The notes beneath the pieces are model-generated. The model was not told where the DNA came from. It saw only the letters and a program-made list of their open reading frames with translations, and made no database searches. A stretch of 64,000 nt of DNA from Auanema rhodensis (lineage: Eukaryota; Animalia; Nematoda): assembly GCA_964057225.1 (NCBI GenBank), contig OZ059896.1, positions 16,182,001 to 16,246,000 of the forward strand. Reading direction: 5' to 3'. Both the position numbers and the translations under genes were made by a program. Below are positions 24,800 to 37,199 of the stretch, piece by piece (the first letter of the stretch is position 1; every line of letters starts with the position of its first letter).

Positions 24800-27700
24800 A
24801 TGGTCTCCTCAAAGAATGGTGGCAATGGAGCAGCTTACAGATCCTCTGAGAAAGGTGAACATGTTATTAGCACAACTGAGGAGCTCTTGAAAAACATTGG
24901 AATGTAAGTTTCGTTCTCTCGCAACAGTTTCCTCATTTCGATAGTTTCAATATTTTTTCCGAAAAAATTGTTTTTTTTTGCCAATCAGCTACATTTTTCT
25001 TTCTATTTTCATACAACCATCAATCTAACCTTTCGATTTTGATTTTCTTCTAATGATCTAAAGAGACTGTGACTACAAATAATTTTGTAAACATGCTTTC
25101 TATGATATTAATAGAATATAAATCAAATGAATATAAAAATAAATTACCCAATACTGTATAAGCTTAATAATTTTTTAAGATATACTTTGATACTTGTTCA
25201 GGTGCAATCCCTATACACAGTTTATAACAATTTCGATGGCTTTCCTATGGCTTCTTGCAGCCATGTCTACTGTTTCTCCAGCATTTATGTCTCCAACGGA
25301 GGAATGTGTGAAAAACTGCACATTCATTACTGTGCAAGATGAGGCAAATAGCGATTTATGAAACTCAAAATTATCGTTTTTCTTCAGTTTAAACTAAAAA
25401 AAGCGGCCATTGATCCTGGAGAAATGACTTCCTCAGTTTATTTTGTAGGAAATCTCATATTTGGGCAAATTTTGTGTATTGCTGCTGATAGGTTCGTTTA
25501 CGACTGTGAAAACATAATGAACATCAGATATCATATGAATTACAACAAAATGACAAAACAAACACACAAACAATGCAAAAGAATTATTTTGAACCCCAAC
25601 TTATGTTCTGTTTTCCAATTGAAGCTATTGCGTCATCGATGGTTTTAGTACGTGCTTGAAATCAGCAAAGTTTCGTTTTTGATTATGAACATGGTATCAT
25701 GAAAAGACATTGAGCAATGAAAACGAGAAAAACTCTTCACAAATGAGATTTTTTTTTAAGAATTGGCCGCCGTCCTGTTCTAATCTTCAGCTTAATTGTG
25801 TCAGGATTATCTGGAAGTTTAGCTGCTCTTGCTCCGAACTTCTACTTGATGCTTATCGGTCGTATGTTTCAGGGTGCATTTTTCAGTGTAAGTTATGATC
25901 AATTAGTGAAAACAATATCAAATGACAACAAAAACGAGAGTTTTCAATTCCTTTATTACAGGCTATGACTATGGTAAATTGGGTTTTGTGCGGTGAGTCA
26001 ATCTCTTTCCAAGGTCATGGTGCTGCTTCAGTAGTTTTCGGATTTCTGTGGGTTGTCGGTAAAAGACTAACTTAGAGGAAATATACTTATGCTTTGTTCT
26101 ATTATATAGGATATTGCTTGGTAGCTCCACTTGCTTTAACTATGCCTGATTGGAGATATATTCAATTTATTAGTTCAGTTCCAAGTGTTTTGTTCGGAGT
26201 TATCATGTTCTTGTAAGTTTCAGACGAAAATTTTAATAATTATCAACTGTTTGGATTACTTATAGTACACTTCCCGAGAGTATTACATTCTTAATTGCTA
26301 AAGAACGTAAATCTGAAGCTCATCGTTGGATTGCCAAAGCATCAGTACTCACCCGTCGTGAATATGTCTATGACTTGGATAAAATGATTGGTAAATAATA
26401 TTTTTTTATTAGAAACTCTCTTATTCATATGCTTTTGTTGATCTTGAAAATCAACTACGAAAACTAGCCAAGGATTCCAAAAAAAGTGTATTGTAGAGAC
26501 AATTAGAGCCCTTATATATATAAAAAAAAAGAAAAGTACAATCTGAAAATTGTTTTTCTTGTAAACATATGTATACGTGTAGCCGAAGTTGTAGTTATTT
26601 TTTATTGTTTTAGCTCACGAGACATCAAACATAAATGGCTCAGAAGAAACATCTCTTGGACAATGCTTGAGAAACATCCTGAAGCGAGCAGATTTGAAAT
26701 TGTACATGCTAATCCAGAGCATTCTATGGTTTGTTTTATAATTTTGTATAAACGATTCTATGAATATCCTGCGATCCAACATCACATCGATAACTTTCCG
26801 ACTGTTTTGAATTACTGTATACGAGTCTATAGAAAACGAAAATTGGTCTAATCTGTTGAGTTTTGTAATTATATCATGAAATAGTCGTAATATGGATTGA
26901 GAAATATCAATAGATGATGCTGATACGTGAAGAAAATTCATTAAGCTGTCTTTTTAGTACATTTCATACACAAATAGAAAGTAGTGAAAAGATAGAAAAA
27001 TGACTATAAAATTTATAAATGTGTTAGATTGTATGAAAAGTATAATAGAAAACCAGATAACAAAGTTAGATTGAGAGTGAGAGTAAGATACTACTACATG
27101 ACTACATGACATTGAAAGCTACTACTGAAGTTGGTAATGCTCTCACAAAAGTGCGAAATATGAACTTCTTGAAAAGGACAAACCAACTTGAACTTATGAT
27201 AATGAAATATATAAAATGAATGATGAATATATAAATATAAAGATATATGAAAAAAAGAAAAAAATAATTATGATTTGTTTAGGATCTCAGACTTTATGCT
27301 TTATGCCAGCTTTTCGTTATCATCCACCAGCATTAGTAAAGATGCTAGTCCATATGTATTGTATATCTTCTCCGGAATTGTCGAACTTCCATGCTATTTC
27401 CTTATACCTTTTGCTCTGGAATAGTAAGTAAACAATTTTCAAATTGAAAAGACATCAGTCAAAAATATGAAAACAAGCATTTCATGTAATTTTCAATTTT
27501 TTCTGAAACAAATTTGTTTTTGTTTCAGCCTTGGGCGTAAGCCAACAGTTATTATCAGTCATATCATCACAGCTTGTTCGTTGACTGCTTGTGTTGTGTA
27601 TCCTGGAGGTATGACGTATCAGAGATCGTATTTCTCTTTTTTTTAACAAAAAAATGAAAATTTTCTTTATTCATTTCAACTGAAAATTGTTTTTTTCACT

Positions 27701-28346
27701 CGCATTTGCACAATTTATCATTTTGTTCTGTTTAGATGATCATCCAAATTTGTTTCTGATCATATGGCTAATAGGAAAATTCGGAACTGCCTCAGCTTTC
27801 ATGTGCTGCTTCGTGTATGGGGCTGAAATATTTCCAGTACAATACCGCAATATATGTCTTGGATTCTGCGCAAGTATCGCTAATTTGGGGGCAATGGTTG
27901 CAACACATATGAACATATTGGTAAGTGACATGAGAGTTCGAAAAGAAGTTTAATCTTTATCTGATGTTGAAATAAAAGTACGAGATGAGATAGGAAAGGC
28001 TGGTATGAAATCATTAATGATGTTCTAAACGAATATTAATCGAAAATAATAACAAAAAAAAAAGAATAAAGTAGAGAGAGATAGATTAACGACATGTAAT
28101 GATAATGATGCAAAAGAAGATTTACTGATTACATCGTCATTCATTTTACTAAAAATATCAAAACACACCTCATACATAACTTGATTATCCTTAATTTATT
28201 TGTATTTTCAGGACTCCATTTGGCCTGGTCTCACTTTTTCTTTCTATGCAGCATTATGCGTATTATGCGCATTTGTCACAATCTTTCTGCCCGAAACTAA
28301 AGGACATGGTACTGAAGAGGAGCCAATTCCTGATGAGCGTTTTTAA
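24800..28346 (+). CDS. SLC22-family organic ion transporter (MFS)
   Basis: Spliced product MVSSKNGG...FITVQDEFKL...SSVYFVGNLIFGQILCIAADRIGRRPVL...LLMLIGRMFQG...VLCGES...PDWRYIQF...LPESITFL...GIVELPCY...LGRKP...YGAEIFPVQYRN...LPETKG...DERF*. These match SLC22/sugar-porter motifs (DRxGRR, PES, ExFPxxxR, LPETKG). Confidence 0.92.
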
Positions 28347-28530
28347 ATCCCAAAAACAATTGTTTATATATATATATATATGCATAATTAACCAATAGTA
28401 ATATAAAATCTATAAATGCAATATTTAAAACCCAGTGAACATTCCTATATTCGCAGATCTCTTGATCTGTAAAAGGACCAATTATCAATAGTGGTCTCCT
28501 TATCCTTCTTACCTCCTACCACCTCTTATC

Positions 28531-28533
<3 letters not shown>

Positions 28534-28588
<55 letters not shown>
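28534..28588. repeat. (CT)n microsatellite downstream of the SLC22 stop
   Basis: Perfect TC dinucleotide run of ~55 nt. Confidence 0.97.
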
Positions 28589-28590
<2 letters not shown>

Positions 28591-29146
28591 TTTCTGCTTT
28601 TACTTTTATTTTTCAACTGAGTAGTAAAGGAAACGAAGAATATTATTTTTGTAAAATAGTGTCGGAATACATGTTTGAGCTTTTTTTTCGCTACAGCATT
28701 TGTTTTAAACTTTTTATTTTAGTTTTATATTTGGCATAGCTTGCTAATTATGGTGCATAGAATAGAAACGTGTGTTATCTTTTCTAAAAAAACTTAAATA
28801 AATTTTTATAGTTTTAATAAAATTAATTGAAATAATTTTAAATTCAATTTTATAATTAAATGTATTGTATTAGCTAATATACATACATATATATATAATA
28901 TAATACATTATACATTAAAAAAGAATATTCCATGAAAACAAGAAGAAAATGACAAGCAATAATTTTTTCTTTGTTAAATTGAATAAAAAAAAAGATTAAT
29001 TATATATAATAATAATAATAAAATTATTATTATTTTATCACACTTGAAATGTTTTTTGATTTGTGCCTTAACAAAGATGAGATTCTTTCTGTTCTTGTTA
29101 CCAAAATACTACTCTATTATACATATATTTATGATTTATTATTATC

Positions 29147-32100
29147 CTAATCAGTTAGTGGTCTTTGTTCTGGACCTTCTCGTTCCATTTCTTCTTCTAC
29201 AGCTTCTAATCTATAAATTTTAATTTTTTTTTATAAATAAATGATGTTCATTGATTTGTTAAAATCCTCTTATAACTTACCGATAGTACAGAGTTGCAGC
29301 AATAGCAAATACCAATACAACAACAGCAATGACGAGAACAACAATCAAAGCATTAATAAACTGAAAAAAAAATATATTTGTTATAATAATAATTATAATG
29401 TTTTTCAATAAAATAAATCAAAATCAGATTATGAATGTCCTTATACCATAACTAATATATAAGATACATCTATCTATGAATCTTTTTCATCTGTAGTTAT
29501 TCAATGACTATATTTCTATTTTGAAATCTTATATTTTATAATTGAACTGAAGTGCATATGTATTTTCATTTATATTCTATAACCTATATGTTATATAGTT
29601 TTCAATAATTAGATTATTTTTTTTCTTCTTTCAGTATAACAATACTGCGATTTACTGTACTTGTGCAAGCTGCAAGAATCTTCGACAATTCATTGACAAA
29701 AGTATGAAATGAGCGTTCATGTTGATGATGTCGTCATTAAAATTTCAACATGAAATAGGCAAACCAAAGAATTTAAAAACTAAAACTATGCAGAATAAAC
29801 AACATGTAATTTTTCTTTTTAAATAAATTAAATATATGCCTGGTAGCTTGTTTTATGAGGTAGGCATCATGATGTTCGATGTTTCTTTTCACAACTATCA
29901 ACAGTTTTTCAAAAGTTATTTAGAATAAGAAACATGCTCATCGAACAAAATAACAATCTGCAGGCGATGAGAATATAGAAATTATCTGTATTTTTCGTAT
30001 ATTTGTTCTTTGAAATATTTAAAATCTGTATAGCTTCTGACGATTACCTTATTTTCGTCTGATTCTTCTTTCGAATATTTCTTCCAATTACGAGTTGTTG
30101 TAGAAGGCATTGTTGGACGAGATGTTTTTCTAAAAATATATATATAATTAATAAAAAAAAACTAGTTATATATGAATATCCAAATATAATATAATTTATT
30201 ATTTTAAAATTTTATTATTTAATTACTTGAGTAAGTTTTATATTTATTCTACTATTAATTTAAAAAAAATCTAAGCTAATTGAGAATTAGGTGGGTTTGA
30301 AGACTTGTTAAAACCAAAGCTATTTTAAGAAATAATTAAAAATAATAATTATTTCATAATAACATTTTGCAAAAACTTTTCAATCTTGAATTAGTTTATT
30401 AAATCTATAAATTGAGTATCCGATTTTTTTGGTCATTTTTTCAAAAATTGCAATCATTAACAGAATGATAGCAAATTTTAAATTGATGGAGGGAAACGAT
30501 TTGTTTTACTGATGTAATCATTCATATCATATCATCGATTTGAAGAAATAAAAATAGAAGAACTTCAAATAACCTAATGATGGTTGTCGTAACAACGACT
30601 GATGTTGATGTGCGTTCTGATGTTGTTTCCGAATCATCGTCTTCTTCCATTTCCATCATATTCTCTTCATCAGATGATGTAAACGTTGTCGGAGTCATGA
30701 TCGTCATTTCATCTTCATGTTCCACTCGTTTGTCATTTAATTCCTCATTTTCATCATCAGTTTCTTGATGATTTTCTTTATTGATTTCAGCAAGAAGAAT
30801 TGTATCTCTATTGTCCAATGTTTGTAATGTGGAAACTAATGTTGGTTTTTTCTGAAACAACAATATTCTGAATGAATGACAAAACAAAATGTGAACAAAA
30901 AAAATTAAAATTCACTGAAAATTGCAAAAATCTTATGAACAAACCTGTGCATTTTTCACAAAATTCAACCATTCTTTTGTATCAACATTTTCTTCCATAC
31001 ATAATGAATCTTTTCCCGGCAAAGTATCAATAATTAGAACCTGGAAACATTTTTTCTTCTATCTTGTAAGAAAATGAAAAAATGATTTTTTTTTGAATTG
31101 GGATATTAACTAACCCTTCCAAATGATGATAAATGACAATTTAAATCTTCTATATCTTCAATCTGAAAAAGCTTGATCAAATAAATTTTCAAAAAATCAA
31201 TTTTAGTTTATAGATTATACAAATAAACTTGAAAAGATGAAATTGTAACGCTGACCTTCTGACGATTACGTGAATCACGCAACCAACGCTGCAAATTCGA
31301 TGGGCTCTCACAGTCACACTTGAATCTGAACATTGATCGTTAGGGATGAAAAGATAAAAAAAACATAATTTTTAGAGGAAGGTTAGTGTAAATATAACAA
31401 ATTTCTATGATATTTTCACCTGGTTAAATTTCCACTTAAACTTATCAATTTCAAATGATCTAATACAGCGATGTCGGATGGACGAAAATCTTTGAGTGGA
31501 TTATCAGCCATACGAAGTCGAGATAATTTCTCAAAGTTTGGAGGAATTGAAGTAATTTCATTAGATGATATGTCAAGATCAGCCAATGTTGGTATATGTA
31601 TTAAGGTTCTCTGTAAACGAATTTCATGAAAGAATAATTGAAATATGAGTTTCACATACAGCTTCTTCATCAGTTAATGCTGAATTTGTAATTGCTAAGG
31701 ATTTAAGATTTGTTTCATTGAAAATATTATATGGCCATTCTTTCCATTCGACGTTATTCAGACGAAGATCTGTCAAGGTTGATGGTAACGATTCCAAGCG
31801 ATCTAGCCTTACTCGATCACACATGATCGTATTCATTGAAGTCTGAACGAAAAATATTATCTTTCTTGACTGAAACTTGAATAATATTAATTACACGAAA
31901 ATATATTCTTGTTCTACTATAATCAGAACCTTCACGGTTTTTAAGAAAAATGATCAGATTTAACCGAGAACTGCTGCTATATTAGTTTGTCAGCATTAAG
32001 CCTTACACTAAATGGTTTTTTTTGTTCAACACAGGAAACTTTTTCTACAAATGGTCATACTCGAGAGGATGAAAGATACAGAGAATGATACTGTTTGCTT

Positions 32101-35100
32101 CAAGTTTTTTTAAAAAGTACTGGAACGGTTCCCTTAGTATATAAGGATGGGGTCAAGATTCTGAAAGCATGTCAACCATGGACGTCGACAACAAGATCAA
32201 GGTAAGCAGCTTAGCTCTCATCTTGATTCGACTCTTCTCCATTACAATATTTTTAACTATTTGATTATAGGCTTACCGCTTCATCGGCTATGCTGCCGTT
32301 ACCTTCTCCGCTGTTGCAGTACTTTCTGTCTGCATCTCTCTTCCAATGGTCTACAACTATGTAGCCCATATCCGCAGTCAAGTTCACTCCGAGCTCCGTG
32401 AGTGCAAATCTCACGTTAAGGTTTGTTATCTAATTTCTCGTTAATATCTCATTCTCTTATTATACTACAGGGAGTCTGGACATCTGTCTACTCAATGAAC
32501 GATGCCCCAGTTAACCGTACTGCTCGTAGCGCTTACAGAGGATACGGAGGATATGAAGGATACGGCTCTTATGACTCTGGAGTCAACTCCTACGAGGAGC
32601 AAGATCAATGCACAGGATGTTGCCTTCCAGGAGCTGATGGACCAGCAGGAGTCCCAGGACGCCCAGGAAAGCCAGGAAGACCAGGAGCCCCAGGAACCCC
32701 AGGAAACCCAGGACGCCCACTCCAGACTCCATGCGAACCAATCACCCCACCACCATGCCGTCCATGCCCAGCCGGACCACCAGGACCACCAGGACCACCA
32801 GGACCATCTGGAAACCCAGGACGTGACGGACACCCAGGAAACAAGGGACGTGATGGACACCCAGGAGAGCCAGGAAGCAACGGACATGCTGGACGCCCAG
32901 GAGCCCCAGGAAACCAAGGAGAAAACGGAGCTCCAGGAGTCCCAGGACACAATTCTCCACCACAACCAGGAACCCCTGGAAAGCCAGGAGCCCCAGGATC
33001 ACAAGGACCACAAGGACCAGCTGGAGCTCCAGGACAAGATGGACTTCCAGGAGCAAATGGAGAGAAGGGACCAGATGGACAGCCAGGAAAGCCAGGTCTC
33101 GACGGACAACCAGGAGAGCCAGGAACCCCAGGACAAGACGCCAGCTCTGGAGAAAAGGGTATCTGCCCCAAGTACTGTGCCATCGACGGAGGAATCTTCT
33201 TCGAGGACGGAACTCAACGCAAGTAGATCAACCTTTCCTTTATATGATTTGTCCAATAAAAAATTTGAAAATACAAATCTATATACATGCATTACACAAC
33301 AAGCTTTCTAGTATTTTTCTCAATTCCAAATGAATTATATTCTTACTCTTGGACTCTCAACATTAGCAGATCGATAACATGTACATCCTGTCGGACAAGT
33401 TGATCGGCATTTACACTTCTCATCCGGACAACATCTACAAGTACTAGGACAAAACTGAAAATATTTAAAATAGTAGAGAAAAATTCAATTGATCCAAATC
33501 TCTTCCAAAAATATTTATACTTCTTCAAAGATAATATTATAAAATTTAAAAAATAGAAAACTCACTTCTGCATATTTACACATTAATTGATTAGTTGAAT
33601 CCGCTATAGCTAGGGCAATTGTACGATTTGGTTCAATAATATGATTACAATTCAATTGATCCAAATCGGAAATTATTACAGAGGACTGAAATTTAATTTT
33701 AAAAATTAAGAAAACACATAAATCAACCCCATATATAACATTACATTCAATGCTCGATGCTAAGCTTGTTTCCACTTTTTTAAATTTGATCGTTGGCGCT
33801 TGAATATTTCTCTTTTCAGTTTTTTCTTTAAATTTCCATAATGGAATAAAAACTAAACACTAGTTATTTTCTTTATTTCTCTCCCTGTCTCTCGCCCTGT
33901 ACTCTAAAACCGTTCAATATGAAAAAGACATAACGGCCTAACTTGTGAAAGCATTACAATCGGATGTTCATATAGTGTGACCAAGACCTATTAGATAGCA
34001 CCATCAACGCCATCTTTTTCAGCTATGTATGAAATTTTTCAAATAAAGCAAAAAAAAGAAGATTTCATGGTAGAAACTGGCTAATTGCATCCGCCACAGT
34101 TCAGATTATGAGACTATTTGGTTTGGTTTCAGTCACTTACAGCTTCATTCAAATGTAAAAGCCATCGTATGTTGCAGTGACAATTTAGCTGATTATCAGC
34201 CAGAAAAATCCGAAGTTTTGTGGTTGATGCCCCAGATACAGTTGTTTCTTTGAGTTCATGTAGAAAATTATTTCTGAAATTGTAAAGAGGAAATCATTAG
34301 AATATCAAAAAATACATACTTAAGATCTAAAACACTTAATTTGCTAGCTTTTGTTATAGCCCCCTCTTGTATATAATTTATACGATTATGTGAAAGATCT
34401 ACGGAACGTAGTGAAACCGGAAGAACATTGACGGATCCTGTCGAGCTGATATGTTCTAGTTCATTTCCAGATAAATCTAATCGTCGCAAGTATCTAAAAT
34501 TGGAACTATTAATGTAGAAATTTTTTTAAAGTTTTATTTTTGAGTATAATCTATTTTCATCTAACTATTATATGTATATTTGATTTTTTTGAATTTAGCG
34601 CCAAATATGCAAACATTACTAGCGTATATGAGAGGCTATTGTCATTTTAATTTGGTTTGTGCACATGACCGGTTGGTTATTCATAATTTTGACAAATCTG
34701 AGACAGACACAGAAAGAGAGAAAGATAAAGAGATAGCTAGAGAGTATATGTTATCAACGTCATCATGATAATGGCATAGTTTATAAACAACAATTATTTT
34801 AACAGCTATTTCGGTCTTTATTTTTAAATGTTGTTGTTTTTCTAAATATATAACATTATCTTTTAGCATAGATAGTACATAATCTACAGTATATACTATA
34901 CACGTATGCTCGTTTCAATGTCTTTTTTATTTTTAAAATAATTTATATATATATATATATATGTAACTTGTACCTTGCACTGTTTGGAACATAATGTATA
35001 GTATTAATGGAATTATGACGCAATGACAAATCTGTCAATTCTTCCGGAAGTCTAAAATGAAGAGAAATCAAATAAGCTATTATAGAAAACATTTTCTAGC

Positions 35101-37199
35101 CAATTATACTATATTAGCTGGGCATATATTAGCTATATATATATATATATATATAGAAAAGTTTATTAAAACAATTTACCTTCTAAAATCGATGTTAGTA
35201 AGCTTATTATGGTCCATATTCAAAACTTTAAGCTTTGTAAGAGAAATAAATGTATTAGCCAAAAATGTAATGCTATTATTGCTCAAATCCAAGTGAATCA
35301 AGTTTCTATAAATTATAAAATGTAAATTTATAATTAACATTCATATAAATTGGTTTTATTATAATCTTACTTTAAAGAACGCAATGAGTACGGCTCTATT
35401 CGAAGTTTATTTCCTGTTAAATCCAACGTCATCAAGTTTGGAACATAGCCAAAAAAGTCTTTTGGAACGTCATCTAACTTTGAATTCTTCATTATCAAGC
35501 TGTAAAGCTTGTGCAATCCCTTAAAATACGTTCTTAATGTTCTATGTAGTATTCACATTCAACAATAGTTGAACTAATTGTGGGGGGAGGAGGAGGGGGC
35601 AAAAAGGGCAAAATATATCTTTCCGTTTTCAAATCTACTTCATCTGTAGTTTGTTCAAACAAAAAACAACATTTTCCTCTTTGGGTTAGAGTTCATTCTC
35701 CGCCAACAAAACTTGTAACTAACTGATAATAGAGCTGGTGGAAGATTTCGTAAAAGGCATCGGTCAATTTCTAGACGATCCAAATTTCGAAGACCCTATA
35801 TAAAATAAAGATTCTTTCAAAAAACTATTATTGAATACTTACATGAAATATTCCGGGGGGTGGAGTACTAAACTCTGTAATTGAATGTGGACATCGTATT
35901 GTTAGAGTTCGAACTCGATCAGGCCTACCAAGTGAGTTCAAGTTTGTACTATTCACCTGAAAGTAAATTCTGTTTCCAATTTTTCTGTTTTTATCCATAA
36001 GCATGATGACTATAACTAGAAAACAACTTGAAAAAGCATGTTGAGACTTCAAAGATTTGAAAACTTATTTTAAGCCTATTATATTCAAATAATTTCATTC
36101 ACTTCATACAACCAGGCAAAATCAAAACGACAATCGCCAGCCTCTCTTACTCTTTCCCTCTAAACGCCCAAAGAAATTCTCTAGAGAATGAAAGATTCTG
36201 ATTGCATTTATCAATCTGTCAAACAGATGTCTCTCTAAATATCCTAATATACTCAGATGAACTATTTACCATCTTGTGTTAAACTATTTGTCACTGCTTT
36301 GAACAAATTGTGTTGAAAAAAACATTTTTCTTACTCAATTTTTTTTGTATCGTTTTTTATATAATAAATACAGATAGATGTTGGTCCTCAGTGGAAGGCA
36401 AATGACCAAAAAAATCAAAAAAAGAAATGAAAAATTCGATTCGAAATTCGTTTGTTTTGTCTCGTTTTTTTCCACAAAATTTATCAAAAACGTTATCAAA
36501 TTTGTTATTTTTGGCACAACTGCTGACAAAGACAAGCGAAAGAGAGATAAATAGAAGGTTAGAGAGTAATAGAGAATATAAACTTTTTTGTTTTAAATTC
36601 TTGCCCCCCAAAAATTTGCTCGTAAGTTTTTCCGTGTTCGTTATCTTTGTTCGTATGTAGAAAAACTATAAACGTTAGTGAAATTTTCATAATGTACAGG
36701 CATTCCTAATCGGATTTTTCGATTATTTGATCGAAAAGAATTCCTTGTTCCTCCATAATTCCGAACATGAACTTTTAACTCAAACGGCCTTATAGGATTC
36801 CGGTCTATTTTCGCATGAATGCCACAAACAAATTGATAATTGCTATAATACTGCATGAGATGAAACATCTCAAAAGTAATGAACTACAAATAATCAAAGT
36901 ATTTGATTTGAAAATGCCAGCAGTTCGGTGTTCTATAGAAGTTTTGCATCGAGTTACCATAAAAAGTGGCTGTCGAATCAAGATGAGGGCATGTGAAATA
37001 GAGAGAATTAGCCTAGTTTTAATTGGAAGAACTCTGAAAAAAGTTGACTCACCTGTTCCCATTTACAAATCAGATGTAAAGAACGTTGTCTATCTTCTAA
37101 ATCTTCATAACATTGACATCTTGAAGGACATGTCGCAACATATGAAAATGATTTCGAAATTAATAGAATTGATAGCAAAATTAAAGTGATGATCTTCAT
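29147..37199 (-). CDS. Type I transmembrane extracellular LRR protein (LRRNT, LRRs, LRRCT, Cys cluster, second LRR block, LRRCT, acidic/Thr stalk, TM, short tail)
   Basis: Signal peptide and CPSRCQC LRRNT. LRRs include [22 protein letters not shown] and [11 protein letters not shown]. First LRRCT is [12 protein letters not shown], the cluster is [26 protein letters not shown], and the second LRRCT is [43 protein letters not shown]; tail [21 protein letters not shown]. Confidence 0.88.
32136..32145 (+). promoter_or_regulatory. TATA box of the collagen gene
   Basis: GTATATAAG lies ~30-40 nt upstream of the collagen ATGs (32169 and 32178), with no trans-splice acceptor in between. An AATAAA follows the gene at ~33256. 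Confidence 0.7.
32178..33226 (+). CDS. Nematode cuticle collagen (3 exons: 32178-32201, 32271-32420, 32471-33226), nested in an intron of the LRR gene
   Basis: [39 protein letters not shown] (Col_cuticle_N), RTAR protease site, CTGCCLPG, interrupted Gly-X-Y blocks, and C-terminal [22 protein letters not shown]. An in-frame upstream ATG at 32169 is an alternative start. Confidence 0.97.

Noticed and set aside
32492-33311. Long overlapping ORFs in other frames and strands of the collagen (157, 269, 192, 104 and 97 aa)
   Set aside because: By-products of GGA/CCA-biased Gly-X-Y codons, which lack stops in alternative frames.
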